DNA of 39,976 nucleotides. It comes from Opitutaceae bacterium. Lineage in GTDB: Bacteria; Verrucomicrobiota; Verrucomicrobiia; Opitutales; Opitutaceae. Each line of letters starts with the position of its first letter. Position 1 is the stretch's first letter. Location: positions 1 to 39,976 of the forward strand of contig DASWVO010000207.1 in assembly GCA_036406235.1 (NCBI GenBank), in the 5' to 3' direction. The notes beneath the pieces were generated by a model, which saw only the letters and a program-made list of their open reading frames with translations, made no database searches and was not told the origin of the DNA. Both the position numbers and the translations under genes were made by a program. Shown here one piece after another: positions 18,414 to 26,843 of the stretch.

Positions 18414-19400
18414 ATGCCTGCTGTTTTCAATGCTCTCCCCGGCATCGAAGTGCCGGTCGGTGCGATCGCCAAAAGCCTCTCCGGCATGTGGGAGGCCGCG
18501 GCCGCGCAAGGCGGCCCAGCTCCCGCGGCCGACGACGTCAAGGCGACGCAGATCAACCTCGTGCTGCACTTCGGCTTCGCCACGCAGCCTGACGAAGCTC
18601 GCGCGCAGTTCGACACCGCGCTGCGCTTTTCGAAGCGCTATCCGAGCCGCGTCGTCGTCCTGTGCCCGCTTGCCCGCGACCAGGAGGCGACGGAGATGCG
18701 CGCCAAGATCTACGGCGAGTGCTTCCTTGGGAAATCGAAAGGCGACACCCGCTGCGTCGAATTCGTGATGCTCTCCTATCCGTTGAGCGCGCGGCAGCAT
18801 CTCGAGAGCCAGGTCTCGATCTGCCTGTCGACCGATCTGCCGCTCTACTATTGGGCGCACCGTTTCTCCTCGAGCGCGCGCCTCAACGACTATCAATACC
18901 TCCTGCGCCGCTCCAAGCGCGTTATGTTCGACAGCGCCATCGTGCCGGGCGACGCGCTCACGTTTCCCTGGCCGCGCCCCGAAGCCGTGCGCGACCTCGC
19001 CCACGCGCGACTTCTCCCGGTGCGCCAGTCGCTCGGCCAGTTCCTCAGCGGGTTCAAACCGGCGATGCTGGTCGACGGCCTGCAGGCCGTGACGGTCCTC
19101 CACGCCTCCACCGTCAGCGCCGAAGGCCGTGTATTGCTGGAATGGTTACGCACCCGCCTGCAGGAATGCGGCGCTGCGGAATCGCTTCGGCTCGAGGCGA
19201 AGCCGTTCCCGACGGGCGGAAAGGGCTCCTTCGACGTCGCCTTCACCTACGCCAATTCCCAGCGCTTCCACTGGCGCGGCGACATCGTGCACGGCTCATC
19301 TCACTTCCACGCGTTCTACGGTTGCGAGCAGTTCGAGATGCCCGGCTCCGTACATCTGCTCTCCCCCGAGGCGGCGCTCGCCGAGGCGATGTTCTTCTAG
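18414..19400 (+). CDS. opcA: OpcA-like glucose-6-phosphate dehydrogenase assembly protein (putative)
   Basis: 328-aa protein between zwf and pgl in the same orientation. This matches the canonical zwf-opcA-pgl arrangement of cyanobacteria and actinobacteria, and its size and hydrophilic character fit. The family assignment rests on position and general resemblance. Confidence 0.55.
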   Translation: MPAVFNALPGIEVPVGAIAKSLSGMWEAAAAQGGPAPAADDVKATQINLVLHFGFATQPDEARAQFDTALRFSKRYPSRVVVLCPLARDQEATEMRAKIYGECFLGKSKGDTRCVEFVMLSYPLSARQHLESQVSICLSTDLPLYYWAHRFSSSARLNDYQYLLRRSKRVMFDSAIVPGDALTFPWPRPEAVRDLAHARLLPVRQSLGQFLSGFKPAMLVDGLQAVTVLHASTVSAEGRVLLEWLRTRLQECGAAESLRLEAKPFPTGGKGSFDVAFTYANSQRFHWRGDIVHGSSHFHAFYGCEQFEMPGSVHLLSPEAALAEAMFF

Positions 19401-19422
19401 TTTTTTGCGGGGTAGAAAACTT

Positions 19423-20145
19423 ATGAGGGAACTCGCCACCGACTACGGCCGGCTCATCGTCGGCACCCAGGAGGAACTCTTCGCCCGGGCAATCGCACTC
19501 GCGGCCGCGCAGAAGCCCCGGGCCAGTTTCACCTGGGCGCTCACGGGCGGCTCCACGCCCGCCGCCTGGTATCGCTGGTGCGCCGCCACAAAGGCCCTCA
19601 CGCCGGAGCTGCTCGCGGGCACGCACTTCACCGTGAGCGACGAGCGACACGTGCCGCTCACGAGCGATCAGAGCAATTTCGGCAACGCCGAGCGCGCGCT
19701 GCTGGCGCCGCTGGGTGTGCCGGTCGAGCAACGCCACCCTTGGCGGGTGGACCGGCCGGTGCCGGAGGCGGCCGAGGCCTACCGCGCGACGATGCAGACC
19801 CTCGCCGGGCCGGGTCGGGCTTACGACGTGTGCTTTCTCGGCATGGGCGACGACTGCCACACGGCGTCGCTCTTTCCCGGAACGCCGCTCCTGCGCGACG
19901 ACGGCGGGCTGCTGTTTGCCGGTCAGGAAGTGGCTGGCAAAGGCTGGCGCCTCACGATCACGCCCACCGGGCTGCGCGCCTGCGGCACGATCATCGTCAT
20001 GGCGCTCGGCGCCGGCAAGACCGAGGCACTGCATCGCGTCATGCGGGGGCCGTTCAACCCGCTCGAAGCGCCGTCGCAGATTCTCCGCTACAGTGCCGAC
20101 CGCGTGGTCTGGCTCGTCGACGAGGCGGCCGCCGCGAAGCTTTAG
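19423..20145 (+). CDS. pgl: 6-phosphogluconolactonase
   Basis: FLGMGDDCHTASLFP (variant of the LGMGxDGHTASLFP motif), ALTGGSTP, and length about 240 aa. ATG at 19423 with a short gap after opcA. Confidence 0.85.
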   Translation: MRELATDYGRLIVGTQEELFARAIALAAAQKPRASFTWALTGGSTPAAWYRWCAATKALTPELLAGTHFTVSDERHVPLTSDQSNFGNAERALLAPLGVPVEQRHPWRVDRPVPEAAEAYRATMQTLAGPGRAYDVCFLGMGDDCHTASLFPGTPLLRDDGGLLFAGQEVAGKGWRLTITPTGLRACGTIIVMALGAGKTEALHRVMRGPFNPLEAPSQILRYSADRVVWLVDEAAAAKL

Positions 20146-20238
20146 CGGCGGCCACAGACTCAACCGCCGGCTCGAACCAGGTAGCGGCGGTCGTCCCGAC
20201 CGCCACTTCTGACAATGGCGGCGCCGAGAGGACGGTGG

Positions 20239-20733
20239 TCACGCCCCGCGTGGGAAATGTTCGCGCAGGTGGGCGGGCGGTAGGTTGGACAGATCCTTCT
20301 GGACCGAGCTCTGCAGGCGGTTGAGGAAACGCGAATGCACGCGCTGCAGGATCGGACGGTGCATGTCGGGCCCCGCAGCATACACCCACGCGATGTCCGG
20401 ATGCTTCGACAGGAAATTCTCGATACGCGTGGCGATCTCGACCGCGATGCGTTCGTCGCGCTCGCGCTCCATCGGCAGGCGTTCGTCGTTGGACCCGCCC
20501 GATTGTGCGACTCCGGAACGCGGAAACTGCCCGGCCTGATCGCTCTCGCGATCGGTGTAGCTTGCCTTTCCGGTCGGGAAGTCGACGGCGGTGATGAGCG
20601 TGACCGTGGGCGTTTGCTGGCCGGTCGCCGTCGTTTCCTGATACACTTTGAAGTGACTCCGGTCGGCCAGAACGATGAAGCGTTCTGCGCTCGCCGGTGC
20701 TCTTGTCGGAGGCGGATACACTATGGATTTCAT
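20239..20733 (-). CDS. Host-attachment-protein-like (Pfam Host_attach / baeRF-family, eRF1-like) protein
   Basis: 164 aa. FIVLADRSHFKVYQ ... SGGSNDER ... ERIAVEIATRIENFLSKHPDIAWVYAAGPDMHRPILQRV...QKDLSNLPPAHL follows the pattern I recall for Host_attach proteins (xVVxAD..., Ser/Gly-rich loop, ...IAAP..LG.LR...KDLT). Confidence 0.5.
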   Translation of the reverse strand: MKSIVYPPPTRAPASAERFIVLADRSHFKVYQETTATGQQTPTVTLITAVDFPTGKASYTDRESDQAGQFPRSGVAQSGGSNDERLPMERERDERIAVEIATRIENFLSKHPDIAWVYAAGPDMHRPILQRVHSRFLNRLQSSVQKDLSNLPPAHLREHFPRGA

Positions 20734-20930
20734 AGCCGAAAACTAGCACCGAGTCGCGCTCCGTTGTATCGGGGAACCGCCCGATCCGTCCAACCGTCGC
20801 GGGAACACGGGCGGAGTCTCGCGGGGAGCGCCGGCTCCGGACGGACCGGAAAACCTTCGCGGGGTGCGAATTGACGGCGATCGGCACCGCGCTGAACTCA
20901 ATGGCGCGCTTTCCCCCTGGCGACCCCGCA

Positions 20931-22112
20931 ATGACGACTCTGCAACCTGTCAACCGCATGCCCTTTCTTCGACGTTGGATGATGTTGAGTATCGTGCTGT
21001 CTGCCGCGAGCGCGGCGGTGGCTCGCGAACTGCCGCAACCGAGCGAGATCCTCGCGCCGCTGCGACGCGTCAACGACCGCTTCATGCAGGTCTGGTCGGA
21101 TCCCGGACGGGAGATCAAGGCCAACGGAAAGATTTATCCGAGCAACATCTGGACTCGCGCCGTCTATTACGAGGGCCTGATGGCGCTGCATCGCGCCGAT
21201 TCCGATTCCCGCTATCTCGACTACGCGCTGCGCTGGGGGGAATTCCACCAGTGGGGCCTGCGCCGCGGGGCCACGACCCGCAATGCCGACAATCAATGCT
21301 GCGGCCAGACCTATCTGGAGCTGTATCGATACGACCCGAAACCCGAGCGTATCCACGATCTCAAGACGAGCATCGACGCCATGCTCGCCTCGGAGAAGAT
21401 CGACGACTGGACCTGGATCGACGCGATCCAGATGGCGATGCCCGTCTTCGCCCGGTTTGGGATGATGACCGGCGACAGGCGTTACTACGACCGCATGCAC
21501 GAAATGTATCTGGACTGTCGCGACAGGCAGGGCGGGAAGGGCCTCTTCAACCCCGCCGACGGGCTTTGGTGGCGGGATCGCGACTTCGTGCCGCCCTATG
21601 CGGAGCCCAACGGCGAGGACTGCTACTGGTCGCGCGGCAACGGCTGGGTAATCGCCGCGATGGTGCGGGTTCTCGAGGCCCTGCCCGCGGACGTGACCTA
21701 TCGCGCCGAATACGTGCAGATGCTGCGCACGATGGCGAAAGCGTTGAAGGCGGTGCAGCGCGACGACGGTTTTTGGAACGTGAGCCTGCACGACCCGACG
21801 CATTTTGGCGGACCGGAGTCGACCGGCACCGCCCTGTTCACGTATGCGATCGCGTGGGGCGTGCGCGCGGGACACCTGCCGGCGGACGAATATCTGCCGG
21901 TGGTGGCAAAGGCCTGGACGGCGCTTTCCGGTGCCGTGCTGGAGGACGGCCGCCTCGGCTACATCCAAAGCACCGGCAAGGAACCGAAGGACGGCCAGCC
22001 GGTGCGGCGGGACACGGTGCCGGATTTTGAGGACTTTGCGGTGGGGTGCTTCCTGCTGGCGGGGAGCGAGGTCGCGCAACTGGCCGAGGGGAACGCGACG
22101 AAAGCACCGTAA
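20931..22112 (+). CDS. GH105/GH88-type unsaturated glycuronyl hydrolase (likely unsaturated rhamnogalacturonyl hydrolase)
   Basis: Signal peptide (MPFLRRWMMLSIVLSAASAAVA), WIDAIQMAMP, DCYWSRGNGWVIAAMVRVLEALP and FWNVSLHD motifs characteristic of YteR/YesR-like (alpha/alpha)6 hydrolases. An alternative ATG lies at 20958. Confidence 0.7.
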   Translation: MTTLQPVNRMPFLRRWMMLSIVLSAASAAVARELPQPSEILAPLRRVNDRFMQVWSDPGREIKANGKIYPSNIWTRAVYYEGLMALHRADSDSRYLDYALRWGEFHQWGLRRGATTRNADNQCCGQTYLELYRYDPKPERIHDLKTSIDAMLASEKIDDWTWIDAIQMAMPVFARFGMMTGDRRYYDRMHEMYLDCRDRQGGKGLFNPADGLWWRDRDFVPPYAEPNGEDCYWSRGNGWVIAAMVRVLEALPADVTYRAEYVQMLRTMAKALKAVQRDDGFWNVSLHDPTHFGGPESTGTALFTYAIAWGVRAGHLPADEYLPVVAKAWTALSGAVLEDGRLGYIQSTGKEPKDGQPVRRDTVPDFEDFAVGCFLLAGSEVAQLAEGNATKAP

Positions 22113-22176
22113 CGCAGCGAGGTTCTCCCGGCCTTCGGAGTCGCCTCGGCGGCGCATTTCCCTTTGGTTCGATCCG

Positions 22177-22911
22177 ATGCCGGACAAGCGCACTCACCGC
22201 GGCGCGCATCCCGACGATGCGCGGCTTTTCGCCGCCGATCAATGGCCTGCGCTGTGCGGCGCGCTTGCGGACCTCTGCTGGCTGCTCGACCGCGGCTACG
22301 CTGGGCGCTCGGCGCTGGCGCTCGTCGGCGACCGCCACGGGCTCTCGCAGCGCCAGCGGATCGCCGTGGCCCGTTGTGCGTGTTCAAAAGATCAATACAC
22401 CCGGCGCGCGGCGCACGAGGTGGAGGTGGCGGCGGTGGCGGGAGACGAAGTCTGGCTGGATGGCTACAACGTGTTGATCACGATCGAGTCCGCGCTCGCG
22501 GACGGAGTGCTCATCGTGGGGCGGGACGGGTGTCTGCGCGACATGGCGAGCCTCCACGGCAGCTACCGGCGCGTTGAGGAAACCGCCCCGGCGTTGCAGC
22601 TCATCGGGGCGGCGCTGGGGGCGGCCGGTGTCGTCTCGAGCCACTGGCTGCTGGATCGCCCCGTGTCGAACAGCGGACGCCTGAAGGCGATCATGGAGGA
22701 GCTTGCCGCCGCCAACGGTTGGGCCTGGACCGTCGAACTCGCTTTCAATCCCGACAAGGTTCTTCGTGACACCGATGCGATCGTCGCGAGTTCCGACAGC
22801 CTGGTGCTTGATGGCTGTGGCCGCTGGATCAATCTTGCGCGCTGGATCGTCGCCACGCACCTGCCGGACGCCCCGGTGCTGACGCTGGGGCCGGCGAGCG
22901 ACATGCGATAA
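22177..22911 (+). CDS. DUF434-family protein
   Basis: HRGAHPDDARLF...LADLCWLLDRGYAGRSALALVGDRHGLSQRQRIAVARCACS matches the conserved DUF434 N-terminal block. The track ORF at 21805 is an upstream extension overlapping the GH105 gene. Confidence 0.6.
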   Translation: MPDKRTHRGAHPDDARLFAADQWPALCGALADLCWLLDRGYAGRSALALVGDRHGLSQRQRIAVARCACSKDQYTRRAAHEVEVAAVAGDEVWLDGYNVLITIESALADGVLIVGRDGCLRDMASLHGSYRRVEETAPALQLIGAALGAAGVVSSHWLLDRPVSNSGRLKAIMEELAAANGWAWTVELAFNPDKVLRDTDAIVASSDSLVLDGCGRWINLARWIVATHLPDAPVLTLGPASDMR

Positions 22912-22923
22912 CCTGGCGAACCT

Positions 22924-23754
22924 ATGAAGCAAAAAGCACGCTCTGGTGGTCTTGTGAGAATCTATTCCGCGCCGGCCTCCTGGCTGACGCGTTTCTTCCG
23001 GGTGGTATGGGCGTTGGCGGCCGCAGCCCTGTGCGCCGGGCCGCTGATCGCGGCCGAACCGCCGGCGCCCTATGTGCCGAAGCAAAGCGATCGGCCCGAA
23101 GCCATCGCCGGCGACGAGGCGGGATTCCGGCCGATCTTCGACGGCAGGACCCTCGACTCCTGGGTGGGAGACTCAACGTATTGGCGCGTCGAGAACGCGG
23201 CGATCGTCGGCGAAATCACGCCGCAGACGGTGATCAAAAGCAATACGTTCATCATCTGGCACGGCGGCCGGCCGAAGGATTTCGAGTTGAAGCTGGAGTA
23301 TCGCCTTTCACCGCGGGGCAACAGCGGAATCAACTACCGCAGCGTGGTCGTGCCCGATCCCGTCACTCCCGCCAATGCGTTCGCGATGCGGGGTTACCAG
23401 TGCGACCTCGATGGGGCCAGACGGTATACGGGAAACAACTACGAAGAGAAGGGCCGGCTGTTCCTCGCCGTCCGCGGACAGATGACCCACGTGGTGGGCG
23501 GCCGGCCGCCCATCGTTCTTTCGGCCATCGGCGACGCTGGCGAACTTGGGAAGTCGGTGACCGACGGCTGGAACTCCGTGCATCTCATCGTGCGCGGCAA
23601 CACCCTGGTTCACATCGTCAACGGCCAGGTGATGAGTATCGTGGTCGATGACGATGTGCCGCACCGCCCGGTTGACGGGCAGATCGGGATGCAGGTGCAC
23701 GTCGGCCCGCCGATGAAGGTCGAGTATCGAAACATCCGCCTGAAGACGTGGTGA
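22924..23754 (+). CDS. DUF1080 (3-keto-disaccharide hydrolase-like, family 16 GH-like beta-sandwich) protein with signal peptide
   Basis: FDGRTLDSWVGDSTYWRVENAAIVGEI...DFELKLEYRLSPRGNSGINYRS...IGMQVHVG...VEYRNIRLK is the canonical DUF1080 pattern. The N-terminal hydrophobic segment is consistent with secretion. Confidence 0.7.
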   Translation: MKQKARSGGLVRIYSAPASWLTRFFRVVWALAAAALCAGPLIAAEPPAPYVPKQSDRPEAIAGDEAGFRPIFDGRTLDSWVGDSTYWRVENAAIVGEITPQTVIKSNTFIIWHGGRPKDFELKLEYRLSPRGNSGINYRSVVVPDPVTPANAFAMRGYQCDLDGARRYTGNNYEEKGRLFLAVRGQMTHVVGGRPPIVLSAIGDAGELGKSVTDGWNSVHLIVRGNTLVHIVNGQVMSIVVDDDVPHRPVDGQIGMQVHVGPPMKVEYRNIRLKTW

Positions 23755-23916
23755 GGGCGGGTCGGGAGCGCGCCGCGCCACCTTGGGCGGTCCCCGTACA
23801 AAGGTAGAGGCGAGGCGTCCCGCCGAACGGCGGACGAGCGACGGCTCAGCCGGAGGCGCCGTACCTGTGCGTCCCGGCAGTGAAGCGTGTTGTTCCTCTC
23901 GAAATCCTCTGCCGTT

Positions 23917-23965
23917 TGTGGGTCGGGCTTCACGCCCGACATGTCGGGGATAAACCCGACCCACA
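23917..23965. repeat. nested palindromic element in a convergent intergenic region (TGTGGGTCGGG...CCCGACATGTCGGG...CCCGACCCACA)
   Basis: Outer 11-bp perfect inverted repeat at 23917-23927 and 23955-23965, enclosing a 14-bp perfect palindrome at 23935-23948. No flanking T/U tract. Confidence 0.4.
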
Positions 23966-23999
23966 TGATCGATCCCGCGGCGTCGGCGCGAGGTGCCGG

Positions 24000-26822
24000 C
24001 TACGGATTGCGCCGGCCCGAGACGATCAGCTTCACCGGGCCCAGCAGGCCGGAGGGCTCGGGCTTGATCTTCTTCATGTCCTGCGGGTCGAATTTCTGGC
24101 CGTAGCGCAGGTGCAGGAGCGTGTAGTCCGGCTGCGCGCGTCCGGCCATGTGATTCACGGCCAGGTTGGCGACCTCCACGCGCAGGCGGTTCTCGCCCGG
24201 CTTGAGGTATGAGGTGATGTCGATCATGTAGGGAGGGGCCCAGAGCGAGCCGACCCGCTGGTCATTCACATAAATAACGGCCGCGTCGCGGATCGGCGCA
24301 TGGAGTCGGGCATAGAGGCGGTCCGGATTGGCGCCCGCCTCCACCGCGTGCGGTTGTCCCTTTCCGAAATCGAGCTGCACGGTCGCCCCGGGGCGCAGCC
24401 AGTCGCCGGCGGTGATCGTCTTCTCGTAGCTTCCCGTGCCGGAGTAATAGAGCTTCTCGGGATCCTCCGTCCACGAGCGCAACGCCGGCAGAGTCGCCGT
24501 CTGCCCGCCGAAGCGAAGCTGCCAGCCTGTGCTCAAATCGATGGTCGACGCAGCCGCACCGAGCCTGGGTCGCCGCGGCGCCTGTGTCGCTTTGGTGAAT
24601 ACAAGCACGACCGACTCATAAGGCGCGAGCTCGAGGTCGATCGAAGTGAAAGCTCCGTCGCGCCCTCCGATGTCGAGCGCCTGCGCCTCGCCGTTCAGCG
24701 GGTTCCAGACTTCCGGCGTCAGATCTCCCGCCCGGAAACCCACGCGGCCGGCGAACGGCCGGTTTTCGGTGTTGGCGACGAAGTAGATTTCCTGCGTTCC
24801 CGTGCGGCGATGCACGAAACCGAGCTTCCGGGTTCCCGCGGGAAAAATCACGTCGGGCTGGATGCGCTTCGCGAGCGCCGCGCCGAGCTGTCGCTCGTCG
24901 GCGATGAACATCCCCGGGGCGCCGGCGCCCTCGAAGAGCCGGCGCGCCGTCTGCTGGATCCCGGAGCGTTCGGCTTCCTGCTCCCGCAGGCCCGGAGCGA
25001 GGTCTGGCTTGCGTCTGGTCGCGATCACCGTGCCGCCCTGGCGGGCGAACTCCTCCAGTTTGCGCAGCGTCGCGAGGGGGATGCGCTCCACCGACGGCAG
25101 AATCACGGCCTGGTAGCGCCCTTCGCCGAGGGCGAGCGTTTTCCCTTCGAGTTTTCCGTGGTCGCCCAGAATGCGATCGTCGAAGAAGTCGAAATTGAAG
25201 CCGGAGTGAAGCAACTGGGGCAGGAGGTCGGGGCCGAGGAGGTGGCGCAGCGTGCGGAAAAGATTGAGGTGCCGGCTCTGCACCGGAGAAGGCAGGCTCG
25301 GGGCGACCGGTGAGGTGTCATGGGCGGGCTCGTTATTGAACGAGGCCCAGCCGTCATGGTTGGGCAAATACACGGCAACGTCGTTGACCGGTCGTCCCTG
25401 CCGGAGCAGGTGGCTGACGCGCGCCAGGTAGCGCGTGAGGTCGGGCATCGCGAGCGCATACCAGGGGTTTTTCTCGTTGAAAACGGCCGCGGCGTAGAAC
25501 CGCCAGCCCGGATAGTCCACCGCCTCGGGCGTCGAGGGCCAGCCGTGGCCGATCAACTGGTTGATGCCCTGGAGAAAGTTGAGATCGGCAACGGCCTTCA
25601 TGTCGAGCGGCGTGGCCCGGAACACGGGCGAGTGCAGCCACGTCCAGGTTTCGGACGAGGTGACGGTGCGGCCGTAGATGTGGCTCGCCGAGGAGGCCCA
25701 GCGCGAAGCCGTCAGCGTGTCCCAGAGATCGCCTTCGCCCTCGGAGATGTCGGCGTAGCGATTGGTCGAGATGGCGACCGGCGGGGAACCGTAGGCCTGG
25801 AAGCGCAGCCGGGTGTTGTTGGCGGCGGCCCAGGCCTGGAGCGGGGCGGCGAAACGCGCCTCGAACACTTCCATGAGCGTCTGGCCCCAGTCGTGGCGGA
25901 TCGAAGCGGTTTGCGGGCCGATGTCGGACACGAGCGCGGGGAGGTGGGGGCGCAGATCATAGCCGCGGAGGCGCTTGAATTCCTCGAGGAAATCGGGCGT
26001 CCAGTCGGCCATGTAAACCTCCAGGCTGTCGCAGAACACCGAATACGGGATGTTCGCCTTCATCGCCTTGAGCATCGGATCGCCAACCTCGCGCAGGTAT
26101 TTGTCGATCGCGGCGCGGCTGTAGTGGTCGAGCACGAAGCCCTCGGCGCCGATCGCGGCGCGCTTCACCATCTGGCCCGTGCGGCTGGAGACGAAGAACC
26201 AGACCTCCTTCACGGCTGCGTCCTCGGCGGACAGGTGCAGCCAGCCTTCGCGGACGTCCTTCAGTTCGCGCGTGGTGCCGGCCGCGAACGCGGCAATCAA
26301 CCGTTCTCCGGCCCCGATATCGGGAAGCGACACGCGCCGTACGCCCGGAGCGACCTTCACCGGCTCCCAACGCAGCCGTGCCGAGGCCAGGCCGATCGGG
26401 ACCTCGGGTCCTCCGTAGGGCCAGCCGCTGCCGACGGTGAGGTCCACGCGCATCCCGAGTTCCTTGGTTTTCTCGGCGGTGAAGCGGAGCGCGTCGAGGA
26501 ATGCCGGCGAAAGATACGGTACGTTTTTGATGTTCCGCTCCGGATCATCGAGACTTAGCGCATACACGGGCTGGATCTCGACGCCGCCAATGCCGCCCTC
26601 CTTCATGAGGCGCAGTTCGCGCTCGAGATCCGGCAGGGTCACCGCCGGGCCAAACCACCACCAGCGCATCATCGGGCGAGCGTCCGCGGGTGGTTCGCGA
26701 AACGAGGCTTCCAAGGTCGGGGCGGGTTCTGCGGCGGACAACGCGGCGGACGCGAACAACACGACGGCGGTGGCGAGAATCGCGAGCCCGGGCGCGCCGC
26801 GAAAAGGGTCACTTCGTTTCAT
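24000..26822 (-). CDS. large secreted glycoside hydrolase, GH106-like (alpha-L-rhamnosidase-type) candidate with C-terminal galactose-binding-like domain
   Basis: Signal peptide, the N-terminal motif FREPPADARPMMRWWWFG typical of the Glyco_hydro_106-type family, 940 aa, and a C-terminal jelly-roll-like segment. It sits 21 bp downstream of the transducer gene on the same strand. Confidence 0.6.
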   Translation of the reverse strand: MKRSDPFRGAPGLAILATAVVLFASAALSAAEPAPTLEASFREPPADARPMMRWWWFGPAVTLPDLERELRLMKEGGIGGVEIQPVYALSLDDPERNIKNVPYLSPAFLDALRFTAEKTKELGMRVDLTVGSGWPYGGPEVPIGLASARLRWEPVKVAPGVRRVSLPDIGAGERLIAAFAAGTTRELKDVREGWLHLSAEDAAVKEVWFFVSSRTGQMVKRAAIGAEGFVLDHYSRAAIDKYLREVGDPMLKAMKANIPYSVFCDSLEVYMADWTPDFLEEFKRLRGYDLRPHLPALVSDIGPQTASIRHDWGQTLMEVFEARFAAPLQAWAAANNTRLRFQAYGSPPVAISTNRYADISEGEGDLWDTLTASRWASSASHIYGRTVTSSETWTWLHSPVFRATPLDMKAVADLNFLQGINQLIGHGWPSTPEAVDYPGWRFYAAAVFNEKNPWYALAMPDLTRYLARVSHLLRQGRPVNDVAVYLPNHDGWASFNNEPAHDTSPVAPSLPSPVQSRHLNLFRTLRHLLGPDLLPQLLHSGFNFDFFDDRILGDHGKLEGKTLALGEGRYQAVILPSVERIPLATLRKLEEFARQGGTVIATRRKPDLAPGLREQEAERSGIQQTARRLFEGAGAPGMFIADERQLGAALAKRIQPDVIFPAGTRKLGFVHRRTGTQEIYFVANTENRPFAGRVGFRAGDLTPEVWNPLNGEAQALDIGGRDGAFTSIDLELAPYESVVLVFTKATQAPRRPRLGAAASTIDLSTGWQLRFGGQTATLPALRSWTEDPEKLYYSGTGSYEKTITAGDWLRPGATVQLDFGKGQPHAVEAGANPDRLYARLHAPIRDAAVIYVNDQRVGSLWAPPYMIDITSYLKPGENRLRVEVANLAVNHMAGRAQPDYTLLHLRYGQKFDPQDMKKIKPEPSGLLGPVKLIVSGRRNP

Positions 26823-26843
26823 GAGCGGCTTGGGAAGAAGGTG

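Noticed and set aside
21805-22176. Upstream 124-codon extension of the DUF434 ORF overlapping the 3' end of the GH105 gene.
   Set aside because: The extension is Arg/Ala-rich and out of character with the protein. The conserved DUF434 block begins right after the ATG at 22177, which follows the GH105 stop.
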